A stretch of 48,834 nt of DNA from a virus. Numbering within the stretch: the first letter of the stretch is position 1; every line of letters begins with the position of its first letter. The position numbers and the translations under genes are program-made. The stretch spans positions 100,448 to 149,281 of IMG/VR virus record IMGVR_UViG_3300005976_000005, one strand, 5' to 3'. Shown here piece by piece: positions 8,094-17,471 of this stretch. A model generated the notes under the pieces. That model was not told the DNA's origin and made no database searches. It saw only the letters and a program-made list of their open reading frames with translations.

Positions 8094-8585
8094 CTATAGT
8101 AATTCCTCTATCTCCTCGTCGCTTTCTTTTACCAGAACTCTTAAAACATCAAAATTGAAATTTGTAGGAAGAGCCTCAAATCTACATTGAATGATGTCAA
8201 CTTCTACTTCCTCTTTCAGTATCTCATTGTAAATCTCAATTTCTTTTTCTCTTTCTTCTATAGCACTCTTAAATTTTTCTACCAACTTCATTACTTCATT
8301 CTGACATTCCAATTTTACTTCATCTGATGGAAATACAGGAATATTATCATTTACAGAAGAAGCATATTTCTTTATAGTTTCTATCTTCTTTGACTCAAAT
8401 TCTCTATATTCCTGAACACTACTTTCTCTTGACTTTACCAATTCGGAAGCGATTGGTTGAATGTTTGATAATGTTCTTGAAACTGCAAAGTTAAACCTCT
8501 TGTCATACTTTGTCAAGTCAGGATAATTTGCTTTCAAAGAATAAACAATGTCAAAAATCTGTCGGTTTGTCAAATTAACTTTCAT
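8094..8585 (-). CDS. Hypothetical helical protein
   Basis: 163-aa ORF with AGGAGG RBS; no recognised motif. Confidence 0.75.
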   Translation of the reverse strand: MKVNLTNRQIFDIVYSLKANYPDLTKYDKRFNFAVSRTLSNIQPIASELVKSRESSVQEYREFESKKIETIKKYASSVNDNIPVFPSDEVKLECQNEVMKLVEKFKSAIEEREKEIEIYNEILKEEVEVDIIQCRFEALPTNFNFDVLRVLVKESDEEIEELL

Positions 8586-8602
8586 GTAATCCTCCTTAAA
8601 CT

Positions 8603-11452
8603 CTATAAGAAAGCTCTATAAGTAATACAACAATTCAATAATCCTTTTTCTCCACTTGTATTCCAATGATAACCATCTATACTAGCATCCGTTCTGTTAA
8701 CGTATATAAAAGAAGTTGAAAATTTAATATATCCAACTAAATAATCTCCATTGAAATTTATAGGAACTGGCACAAACGAATTAACAGGAGGCTTTATTTC
8801 ACTAGGTATACCACCAACTGCTACTAAAGCAAATAAAGAACTGTTACTTTCTCCTTCTATAATTGGTATTTCCCAAGTTACAACATCTCCAATTCTTGTA
8901 TATAGTATGGTGTAAGTGATAGTATCAGTTGTCTCAAATACATCAGAGAATGGTTCTACTTCAAACGATCCTGTCTTATAATATGTCAAATTACTCTGTC
9001 CAAATGTTATAGAATCTGTTTCTATAGCATCTGTTTGTATAGAATCTGTTTGTATAGCATCTGCTTGAATGAGATCAGCATCAACCTCCGTTGCGTGAAC
9101 ATCTATAGAATTTACATCATGAGCAAACACATTATTAAATCTTTTGTCAGAAGTACCAAGATTAGTCACTTCATCCTGAATAGGTGTTATTAAAAGAGAT
9201 TCAAATCTAACTATACCTGCAACCAAAAACAAATCTGATGGTATTTCTATCAAATCATCCATAGGGTCCGGCAAACCTTCTCCCATTTTTTCTACTATGT
9301 CTTCGTAAGAAACGTCCGACTTCACACCAGCCCCAATAAACATCCTATTCTGAGGGTCTCTCGAAATTATTATAGCATTATTTTCATCGCCATCATCATT
9401 CTTAACCAGACTCTGGATTTCTATCGGTCCACGCAAACTTATCTTGTCTTCAGCAGTAATGTCTAATTCTAACGATCTGGCACTTATAGAAGATACTTTT
9501 AAATCGAAGAAAGATGCTTCTTCTATAAACGCATTCTCAACGTTAATTTCTTCAATGTATAAATTTTTAAACTTATAGCCGGGAGTACCAAGTAAAGTTC
9601 TTCCATCCTGAAGTGGCATTATTGTATAAGCCTCAACTCTAATATCATTGGAAACTAGATACAAAACTGAAATGTCATCTACCAAATCACTCATTGCGGG
9701 AATAAAGATACCGGAGCCCATTCTATTTGCTATTGTTTTGTGAGAAACGTCCGACTTCACACCAGCCCCAATAAACATCAAATTCTGAGGGTCTCTCGAA
9801 AGTATTATAGCATTATTTTCATCGCCATCATCATTCTTAACCAGACTCTGGATTTCTATTGGTCCGTGTAAACCTATTTCCCCCCTAGCAGCAATATGTA
9901 ATTCTGCTTCTGGTGCCAATCCATCATCATCACCAGCAGAAATTAATCCATATTGATCTATTCCGTTCATTATATTTTTATGAGTTGCACCAGATTGTCC
10001 ATCAGTTATTGAGAAAGTGTAATCTAAATTTAGACCAGCAAACAAATATATGTTTTCTGCTTCATTATCTCCGCTTGTTGTATTGTAAATTAATAAATCC
10101 GTATTATCTCTTACAATATCCCCACCTTTGAAGGCTCCGTATAAATCATTACCACTTGTAATTTCAACTCCAAGATCATTTAATCTCAAAGAGAATTTAT
10201 CATCGCCCATTTGTCCATCTGATTTACCAATTAAAACCTGATTTCCATTGAATTGTGCGGCGTAATTTTCTGAAAAATTCTCAACATTCAAAGTTATAAT
10301 ATCATCGAGACCACCATAGTTCCATAACCACAACTCCCTAAACGAATTATCAAACGTTCCGAGAGAAATGGAAGAATCTATAAAAGGTTTTATAGCTAAA
10401 GCATCTCCAGTATATTCTTCCCAACCAGGATTAATAACCATATCACCACCATCAACCTCACCACTTCTAATGTCGTGCCCATCCGATACAACTTCTATTG
10501 TCCAATACTTATTATCATCCTGGTCAATTCTGAGTTGTGGAATATCATCATCTATTTCTCCATCTTTTCTTTCTCTTCTAATGTGCATAGTAGCACTTAT
10601 TTCTTTCTGTCCATCCTCAAAAACACCAACACCAATTCTACCAGGATAATAAAGTCCACCAGGGCTGTGACTCCAATAATCAGCGGAAGACGAATAAAAC
10701 ACATCGTTCCAATCAGCAGATACACCACTAAGATCAATTTGAACATCTGCCTCAAACAAATCATACCCAACACCAATGTCTGATCTAACAGCAACATTAG
10801 AAAGATATGCTTCACCAAAATATCCAATACTATTAGGTATGTCATCTCCATTAGCATCAACAGCAACAGCATACATTGCTATCTTGTTGAATTTTATATT
10901 TCCCCAATTACTATCAATTTGAAACTTGAATGATCCTCTCAATCTATCTTCATCGGGACCATCGTATGTTGGGTAATATCCAACAGTAGTTCCAAATCCA
11001 TCAGCACCAGTACCTGGTTGCGAATCATCCCCTTCTATACCTTGACCACCCGCAATTGCTTCCCAAGTCCAAAGAGATTCTCCGCCTGTTGCTGACCAGC
11101 TTGTGGCGCTAACTTGATTCGAAAGTGGGGTTCCACCATACAAGTTTGTTACAACGGAAGATTTCTGGTACGTATTAGTCAATTTAGAAGAATTGAAATC
11201 AACAGCAGAAATCAAAAATGTAGAAGCGTCTCCAAGAGTATGCTTTCTTTTCCAAAGCTTTTCACCATAAGGCTCTGTTATAGTTTTGTCGGCAATATCT
11301 GAGAATGAAGAAAGTACTGGTGAATTTCTTACACTTGAGTCTATTCTATCATCATAAACAGGGATAAAATATCGCAAGTCAATGTAGATACCATTGTCGT
11401 TTGCTGATGATACAAAGTCCATTCCCTTATCTGTAATGAGTACATTAGGCAT
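8603..11452 (-). CDS. Tail fibre / baseplate-attached fibre-like protein
   Basis: N-terminal VLITDKG...FNKIAMY resembles fibre attachment domains; LGT...F..L[WYF] repeats, IQTD[AS] pentapeptide repeats, C-terminal YTRIGDVVT...IPSEIKP receptor-binding-like tip. Confidence 0.65.
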   Translation of the reverse strand: MPNVLITDKGMDFVSSANDNGIYIDLRYFIPVYDDRIDSSVRNSPVLSSFSDIADKTITEPYGEKLWKRKHTLGDASTFLISAVDFNSSKLTNTYQKSSVVTNLYGGTPLSNQVSATSWSATGGESLWTWEAIAGGQGIEGDDSQPGTGADGFGTTVGYYPTYDGPDEDRLRGSFKFQIDSNWGNIKFNKIAMYAVAVDANGDDIPNSIGYFGEAYLSNVAVRSDIGVGYDLFEADVQIDLSGVSADWNDVFYSSSADYWSHSPGGLYYPGRIGVGVFEDGQKEISATMHIRRERKDGEIDDDIPQLRIDQDDNKYWTIEVVSDGHDIRSGEVDGGDMVINPGWEEYTGDALAIKPFIDSSISLGTFDNSFRELWLWNYGGLDDIITLNVENFSENYAAQFNGNQVLIGKSDGQMGDDKFSLRLNDLGVEITSGNDLYGAFKGGDIVRDNTDLLIYNTTSGDNEAENIYLFAGLNLDYTFSITDGQSGATHKNIMNGIDQYGLISAGDDDGLAPEAELHIAARGEIGLHGPIEIQSLVKNDDGDENNAIILSRDPQNLMFIGAGVKSDVSHKTIANRMGSGIFIPAMSDLVDDISVLYLVSNDIRVEAYTIMPLQDGRTLLGTPGYKFKNLYIEEINVENAFIEEASFFDLKVSSISARSLELDITAEDKISLRGPIEIQSLVKNDDGDENNAIIISRDPQNRMFIGAGVKSDVSYEDIVEKMGEGLPDPMDDLIEIPSDLFLVAGIVRFESLLITPIQDEVTNLGTSDKRFNNVFAHDVNSIDVHATEVDADLIQADAIQTDSIQTDAIETDSITFGQSNLTYYKTGSFEVEPFSDVFETTDTITYTILYTRIGDVVTWEIPIIEGESNSSLFALVAVGGIPSEIKPPVNSFVPVPINFNGDYLVGYIKFSTSFIYVNRTDASIDGYHWNTSGEKGLLNCCITYRAFL
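9308..9865. repeat. Near-identical ~123-bp in-frame direct repeat (9308-9430 and 9743-9865)
   Basis: Both encode GPIEIQSLVKNDDGDENNAII.SRDPQN.MFIGAGVKSDVS. Confidence 0.9.
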
Positions 11453-11545
11453 TTTACGTCTCCCAAATCAATTTATTAGATTTCTTCAAATTATTTTCTT
11501 TTATCAATATTTGTATTTTCAAAACATCATTCTTTTACTTTCAAT

Positions 11546-11553
11546 TATTTATA
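11546..11553 (-). promoter_or_regulatory. T4-type late promoter TATAAATA upstream of the fibre gene
   Basis: Exact consensus, intergenic. Confidence 0.65.
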
Positions 11554-11557
11554 TTAT

Positions 11558-11765
11558 CCGTTCTGAAAAACTTATAGAATCTTTGCAAGACTCATGTTTT
11601 CTTCCTGCTTCGTAGAAACCGCCTCTTCAAAACCTAAATTTTGATTTGGTCTTACGCTTTCTCCACAGGCTTTAATTCTACTTTATAGGCTTTATTTATT
11701 TTCATTTTTATTAGATTTAGTTAGATTTTGCTAAATTTCTATAAATTATTTATATCTGCTATTAT
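11558..11765 (-). mobile_element. Non-autonomous IS607-family (tnpB-derived) miniature element with omega-RNA region
   Basis: AT-rich left end with short repeats (aaatctaa x2); TnpB start MKINKAYKVELKP fused directly to the tnpB 3' segment GCCTGTGGAGA..GTAAGACC..GAAGCAGGAAG; IS607-type right end ..ATAAGTTTTTCAGAACGG; inserted at a GG. Confidence 0.75.
11747..11754 (-). promoter_or_regulatory. TATAAATA late promoter motif inside the IS607-type element
   Basis: Exact consensus pointing into the element. Confidence 0.5.
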
Positions 11766-13405
11766 CCCCAACCATTACTATATCCATCCGATTCAATGAC
11801 GGCGTACCTTGTCATTCTAACATATCCACCAACATATATATTCAAAACTCTATTTACATATCCGACAAGTTTCCTAAACACTGTATTTATTGGTCTGATT
11901 GATTCTATTGCTCTTATAACCTTTTGTCTTCTCTGTATATCTGTTGAGATATCCTCGCTTACGTCAAAATCAACACTCACTGCGAAATGCGGGGTCGGAA
12001 AAAAGTTATCCGGAATTGTACTCAAATCTCCATGTTGATCCAATATCCATTTTCCACCAGCACTTGTTGGTAAGTAGCTATCCGTAAAATATTCTAAAAC
12101 TTCAGCAACCAATCCAAAGGAATAAAGCATAACCTTGATAGAATTTCTTGTTGTTTTTATCTTATACCAAGTTGGTAAGTTTCTCACAACAAATCTGAGA
12201 TACTTATTTATGTCACTAGCAGAACAAGCACCACCAAACTCGGTAGTACCGAATGTATCTGTTGAACCAACAACTTCTACTTCTTCTCTTGAGACATTTA
12301 CGTTATACCCAAGATTGGCTGCGAAAAACTGAATGAATTCTATATCTATCAAGTCAGGATCGTGTAACTCCGTCAACCTATGTACTTTCTCAAGAATTGA
12401 AATCTTTTGAGCCGAAGTAGCATATTGAGCATTTGTTGGCCAATGAAGTTCTATTTGCTCTGCGTCAGTAGATTCGGTTGGAGTATCAGTTCCACAAAGG
12501 TCATAAGTAAACTCCCTGTTTACTTCAGCAGAAACTGAACCTACAGATGACACTGACCAGTCCTCAGTAATATTTAGTTCGTTTGCGCTTAACTGCCATC
12601 CACAAAGACCATTGAACATATTGTTGAGGAAGTCCTCAAAAAATATCACGAAGTCCTCTGTTTCTCCTCCCTTCAAGTAAAGAGGAAGGTAATCTCTGAG
12701 ATTTATTCTTCTACAGTCACCGTACCTACCTAGCATATCAGGACCACATACAGTTATGTAATCCTCCTTTGCCTCGCAGACATCACCACCCAATATACTT
12801 ATGGAAGCAGTATCCGATCCACCATTTCCACTAACATCGTAAGCCGTCACAGAAACAATATAAGTTCCTACTGAAGAATATGTATGCTCAAGAGTTGCCG
12901 TCAAGTCTGTTGTTGATGAAGTGGAACCATCTCCAAAATCCCAATCAGCACTAACAACAGTGTTAGCAAAGTAGTTGGCTCCATTAGCATCACTGAAACC
13001 CAAAGCGGAGTTTGGTAAAGGAGTTCCTGAGAACTGAATATCTGGTAATGGGTTAATCTTCAGTGTCAATGAATAATCTGTGTCTGTTACAACAAGACTT
13101 CCATTTGCGTAAACATCACTCTTGACACCAGCACCAGCAAACGTCCCCTTGACAGGATATTGGTACTGAAGCGAAGAACTATTAGTAGAAGATGTTTCTC
13201 CATTGTATACAAACTTGAACTCATTTTCTATTGTCCAAGTTGGATCAAATGAATCAGAATCTGATAATGCCGAGAATGTAATATCGTTGTTTACGAAATT
13301 TATGTTGGAGTCTACGGCAGCAGAAATGCTGTAATCAAAACTTCCAAAGTAGAAAGCTCCTACACCATCTCTATCGTTTCCCCACAGTCCAGTATTATAA
13401 CTCAT
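11762..13405 (-). CDS. Baseplate wedge protein (gp7/P2 gpI-like C-terminus) with N-terminal PKD domain
   Basis: WDFGDGS..HTYSSVGTYIVSVT (PKD); LRDYLPLY...DPDLIDIEFIQFFAANLG...LPTWYKIKTT...IESIRPINT. Confidence 0.7.
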   Translation of the reverse strand: MSYNTGLWGNDRDGVGAFYFGSFDYSISAAVDSNINFVNNDITFSALSDSDSFDPTWTIENEFKFVYNGETSSTNSSSLQYQYPVKGTFAGAGVKSDVYANGSLVVTDTDYSLTLKINPLPDIQFSGTPLPNSALGFSDANGANYFANTVVSADWDFGDGSTSSTTDLTATLEHTYSSVGTYIVSVTAYDVSGNGGSDTASISILGGDVCEAKEDYITVCGPDMLGRYGDCRRINLRDYLPLYLKGGETEDFVIFFEDFLNNMFNGLCGWQLSANELNITEDWSVSSVGSVSAEVNREFTYDLCGTDTPTESTDAEQIELHWPTNAQYATSAQKISILEKVHRLTELHDPDLIDIEFIQFFAANLGYNVNVSREEVEVVGSTDTFGTTEFGGACSASDINKYLRFVVRNLPTWYKIKTTRNSIKVMLYSFGLVAEVLEYFTDSYLPTSAGGKWILDQHGDLSTIPDNFFPTPHFAVSVDFDVSEDISTDIQRRQKVIRAIESIRPINTVFRKLVGYVNRVLNIYVGGYVRMTRYAVIESDGYSNGWG

Positions 13406-13418
13406 TCTATCTCCGTTA

Positions 13419-15665
13419 TCATATCAATTCCAATGTTACACAGCATTTGACAGAGTACTTCTGTCCTCTATATCCAGTGTAAACATGTGTGTATGGATTT
13501 TGTGTTGTCGTCACCCAAGGAATATTACAAGTCTCATTGTCGTAATCATAATCAAAACACCATCTATAGTTCTTTACTTTGTATTTACCTTTCAACTCAG
13601 GTGATAGATTTACTCTTGCAGTAAATTCAACAGACAGTGGAGAACTTCCTCTTAAAGGCGTTCCTACGAAATCTACCTCAAAATCCTGAGTAGCATACAC
13701 ATTCAGTGGTTGAAGCATCTGACAATTCACTATCAGTGAAACAGGAGTAACGGTCGCAGAAACAGCATTTTGTGCTGATATAGTTGGCTGTAACATAACA
13801 GCTGATAATTCCATCACATTAGCTGAGACTGTTTCGCTTATAGGACCGAAGTAGAATGCTCCAATATGACCATTTCCTGGTGTTGAATAGAAATAGAAAG
13901 CTCCAACACCATCTCTTGTCAATCCTCCAATACCATATGGAATATCGTCATACCTATTGGAAGGAGTCACAGAAAATCCAAAGTCTTCGTATATATAGTT
14001 CTCTTTGTCAAAGCTGAGATACGTAGCGGATTGAATTGCTGTTACTGCGTCCGACTCGTTTACGACAGCAGATACTTCATATGCGCTAGTATCATTGGCA
14101 GACATATTAGTCTCAACATTCATCAATTTAACGTAATCGTCTGGTAAAAATTGATATGGATTTCCAGCTGGTCCACTATCAATATAAATCACTGTATCCT
14201 TTATTATCGTGTCAGCACTAAATGAATTCTCAGTTAATAGATTGTAATATCCTCGAATAGTAACTCCTTCAATAGTCAAACCATCTGTTGTGTCGTTACC
14301 AATAATGATCGATCCACCACTTTCTCCGAGTAGTATCATTGAGTTTAGGTATTTGAAACTCTTAGTTTTATGATTAGTAATGTAATATCTACCTATTCCT
14401 ATTGCGGCATTAGAACCATCATTCGCAAGTATTACATTATCTCTTATTACAAAAGAAGCAGCTGAAGCTTCACCTCCCAAGTTTATTATATTATATTCGT
14501 CTGAATTTGCTGATGATGTATCAAATCCCCAAAGTCCATAATCACTTAAACTCCACGATTCGAACGTAACAGTTCCAGACAATCCCGACAATGTATATCC
14601 CGCTGGTCTTCCAAGAAGCTCATACGACCATATAGGATTTGTTGTAAAAACATTCTCTATACCTCTCATCTTGAAAGTAGAATTTGGTGGAAGATAATTT
14701 GAAATAACTTCGTTCGATTGTCTTCCTGTCCAAGGACTTCCAGATGTTCCTATTCCGCTTGTAGCAGAATCAGCCGAAAGATCAACATATAATACATCTG
14801 GAAAGTAGAAAGCTCCTATTCCGTATCTTCCATATCCCCAAAGTCCGGTTTCATATTCATTATACCAGTCCCAAGTTCCATATGGATAATATGGTATGGT
14901 ACTACTTGTTGCGATCAAAAACTGGTTGAAATTGAAACTCTCTTTTGCTAATGTCACTTCAGAAGGCCAAGCCGGATTGCTCCATCCAAAATAGCAATTG
15001 TTTGCTGTTACTGATGTGGAACCAGCGGAAACACTCGTAGCATCGTCGGTAAATAAGCTGTTGTTTAGGTGAAGACTGTGACCAGTTCCCTGAACCGAGA
15101 AGCTTCCATCGACAACACAGTTCTCAATATATACAACATCTGAAGTCCCAACATTAGTCTCTATTGTAGAAGCTACAATGGTACATCCATAAGCGCTCAA
15201 TGGAACTGACTTTTCAAGTTGAACACTTCCTTGTAGCCAGCAATTGTACGTTTCATCAGCATAAAGATCACAAACAGAACCGTCAATCATGGCACCTTCA
15301 ACTTTGTCAGTTGCCGCAGAAGTAGTTATACCAAAATCGATATTAGTACCACTCAATATCCAAGGACCATGAGCAGACAAACTCCAAGGCTCAAAATTAA
15401 CAAAACCTTCTACAGAACCATTTGTAAGTGAAATAGTAGACGATTCATATGTCCCTTTTATCTTGTAAACGACTTGAACGTAGCTTACAAGATTATTAAG
15501 AGAGTCCTTGAAATCATTGTAATCGAATGGGTCTGCTAAAGTACCGGCATTACCACTTGTACCAAGGTCCAAGTCAACATAGTAAGTCGTAGTGCTGACT
15601 GAACCAAAATAGAAAGCACCAACACCATCTCTTTCGCTTCCCCACAATCCTGTATTATATGCCAT
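13419..15665 (-). CDS. Virion structural protein: two beta-helix-like modules plus C-terminal PKD-like domain
   Basis: YYVD..G..GT..DPF module starts; GLWG..R.G.GAFYF motifs; GSSPLSVEFT...YRWCF...NPYTHVY. Confidence 0.6.
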   Translation of the reverse strand: MAYNTGLWGSERDGVGAFYFGSVSTTTYYVDLDLGTSGNAGTLADPFDYNDFKDSLNNLVSYVQVVYKIKGTYESSTISLTNGSVEGFVNFEPWSLSAHGPWILSGTNIDFGITTSAATDKVEGAMIDGSVCDLYADETYNCWLQGSVQLEKSVPLSAYGCTIVASTIETNVGTSDVVYIENCVVDGSFSVQGTGHSLHLNNSLFTDDATSVSAGSTSVTANNCYFGWSNPAWPSEVTLAKESFNFNQFLIATSSTIPYYPYGTWDWYNEYETGLWGYGRYGIGAFYFPDVLYVDLSADSATSGIGTSGSPWTGRQSNEVISNYLPPNSTFKMRGIENVFTTNPIWSYELLGRPAGYTLSGLSGTVTFESWSLSDYGLWGFDTSSANSDEYNIINLGGEASAASFVIRDNVILANDGSNAAIGIGRYYITNHKTKSFKYLNSMILLGESGGSIIIGNDTTDGLTIEGVTIRGYYNLLTENSFSADTIIKDTVIYIDSGPAGNPYQFLPDDYVKLMNVETNMSANDTSAYEVSAVVNESDAVTAIQSATYLSFDKENYIYEDFGFSVTPSNRYDDIPYGIGGLTRDGVGAFYFYSTPGNGHIGAFYFGPISETVSANVMELSAVMLQPTISAQNAVSATVTPVSLIVNCQMLQPLNVYATQDFEVDFVGTPLRGSSPLSVEFTARVNLSPELKGKYKVKNYRWCFDYDYDNETCNIPWVTTTQNPYTHVYTGYRGQKYSVKCCVTLELI

Positions 15666-15675
15666 TTAAATTTCC

Positions 15676-17469
15676 TTACCAATCATTAGAGCCAGTGATT
15701 GTTATTCCTGCTCCCAAAATATCATCAGAATAGCTTACTTTTGTAGCACTAAAGCTTGGCCAACTGATGTTAGGTGTCCAACCGAACTGCATGTTATCGT
15801 TTGTATAATTCAGTACATCTCCTCTAAGAGTTGCTGAATTGGCTACATTAGTAGCAACGTAATTCAGGTCTGCCGATATATTATCACCTGCTGTTTTTCC
15901 ATTGTTTGCCGATGTAGTTGCCATGGCAGAGCATTGTAAAACGGAATCCTTCAAGAACAAAGAAAATTCATGAGGAGATTCAAAAAGAACTTCTCTAAGA
16001 ACATCATCTTTCTCACAAAGTATCGTACATCCTCTGAATGTTGAACTTACTGGTATATCAGGAACTTTATTTGAATCATTGTAACTATAATAACTAAAAT
16101 AACCACAGAACTCATATGACCTGAAGGAGACTGTAGATGATCTCATAAACAAATTATCTCCGCTCTTACAATACATTACTAATTTAGCAGCTGATGCGTC
16201 CACCGCAGAAGTATCATTATGTATTATTCCGTTTTCAAGTTCATAACCAGGAAAATGTAACTCGTTGTTATATTCGTAAATTCTCCAAGGTCCATATGCT
16301 GAAGTATCCCAAGCATACATCTTATATTTCTTTCTTGAGAAGAACTTACCATCATTAGGGCTGTTCGTTATATCTATCTCTCCCCTTAGATAGAACTCGT
16401 CATTATCCACAACATCTACTGCCGGAGTTGTTTCTGCGTCATAGTAATCAGTTCCCGCTTTACCAGTAAACTCAAAAAAGTCGTCCCAGTTAAAAGGGTC
16501 TCCAGATGTTCCAGAATGACCACTAGTGGATGCCGACAAATCAACGTATATACCAATGTCAGTAAAATAGAAAGAACCAGGTCCGAATCTAGGGGAGTAG
16601 TAAGAACCATGTTGGTAGTTATATAGTCCACTCGTATCCTCTCCAAAACTATCATACCAGTCAAATCCACTATAGAACTCTCTTCTATCAAGACTTCTTT
16701 CAGGAAGACCGAAATCTTCATATCTTAAATTAGTTTTATCAGAACCGGATATCTCATGAAAACTTGGCATTGGTGCTGATGGTACCCATTCAAAAGTACA
16801 TCCTGAGAAAATAGTTGTTCCATCAATATTACTGTCAATGCTTGCTGATGTGACTGTAAAAACACAACTGTTAAACCTAACAACTTGGCCAGAATACACA
16901 GTATCTCCTGATATAGTATAATCATAGAAAACACAATCATTGAAAGTTGCTGAAGAGTTGTCGCTTTGAGGTTGTATGTCTAAATAACCATTATAAAACG
17001 TACATCCATCAAATTCTTGTATATTATAATAGTCTGCATAGGCTGTATCGGAAACTGTTTCCACCTGAACGTCACCATAAAAAATACAGTTATAAAATTT
17101 TCTTCTAATTTGGCTTGATATATGCGTATAATATGGTGTTGTTGTTGAAACAGCAAGCCCTCTAAAAAATTCTAATGTTCCAGCGTCACTTACGTCAGTA
17201 AAAAATACACCAGAATCCACACCAGAAAGCTTCCAATAATTAAAATCTTCAAAATCTCCCCAAGGCATAACAATATTAAAATTATTGTTATTAGCATTTT
17301 GAACAAAGAAATCACCGGATTCAAGTAAACCTAAACCTTTCGTCTTAAAATCATGACCCTGAGATGCTGTTTGGTAAAAACTCTGAAAATCATATAAATT
17401 AAACGGTTGATCTTCTGTTCCATTTCCATTTGGAGTCCCACTATCAAAATTACAGTAATAGGTTGCCAT
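15676..17469 (-). CDS. Virion structural protein with two beta-helix-like modules
   Basis: YYCN..GNGTEDQPF and IYVD..GHSGTSGDPF starts; F.[NG]C.F repeats. Confidence 0.6.
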   Translation of the reverse strand: MATYYCNFDSGTPNGNGTEDQPFNLYDFQSFYQTASQGHDFKTKGLGLLESGDFFVQNANNNNFNIVMPWGDFEDFNYWKLSGVDSGVFFTDVSDAGTLEFFRGLAVSTTTPYYTHISSQIRRKFYNCIFYGDVQVETVSDTAYADYYNIQEFDGCTFYNGYLDIQPQSDNSSATFNDCVFYDYTISGDTVYSGQVVRFNSCVFTVTSASIDSNIDGTTIFSGCTFEWVPSAPMPSFHEISGSDKTNLRYEDFGLPERSLDRREFYSGFDWYDSFGEDTSGLYNYQHGSYYSPRFGPGSFYFTDIGIYVDLSASTSGHSGTSGDPFNWDDFFEFTGKAGTDYYDAETTPAVDVVDNDEFYLRGEIDITNSPNDGKFFSRKKYKMYAWDTSAYGPWRIYEYNNELHFPGYELENGIIHNDTSAVDASAAKLVMYCKSGDNLFMRSSTVSFRSYEFCGYFSYYSYNDSNKVPDIPVSSTFRGCTILCEKDDVLREVLFESPHEFSLFLKDSVLQCSAMATTSANNGKTAGDNISADLNYVATNVANSATLRGDVLNYTNDNMQFGWTPNISWPSFSATKVSYSDDILGAGITITGSNDW

Positions 17470-17471
17470 TA

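Larger units (their letters stand above)
7691..8094 (-). pseudogene. 62-aa hypothetical gene interrupted by a 215-bp element
   Basis: Joining 8094-7967 to 7751-7691 gives an intact 189-nt ORF: MEKYFLNH...ITVIGNT-EEMEKTAKRLMKKLGNKND*. Confidence 0.8.

Noticed and set aside
9308-9865. Diversity-generating retroelement TR/VR pair
   Set aside because: Both copies are in-frame and mid-gene with very few differences, and there is no reverse transcriptase in the window
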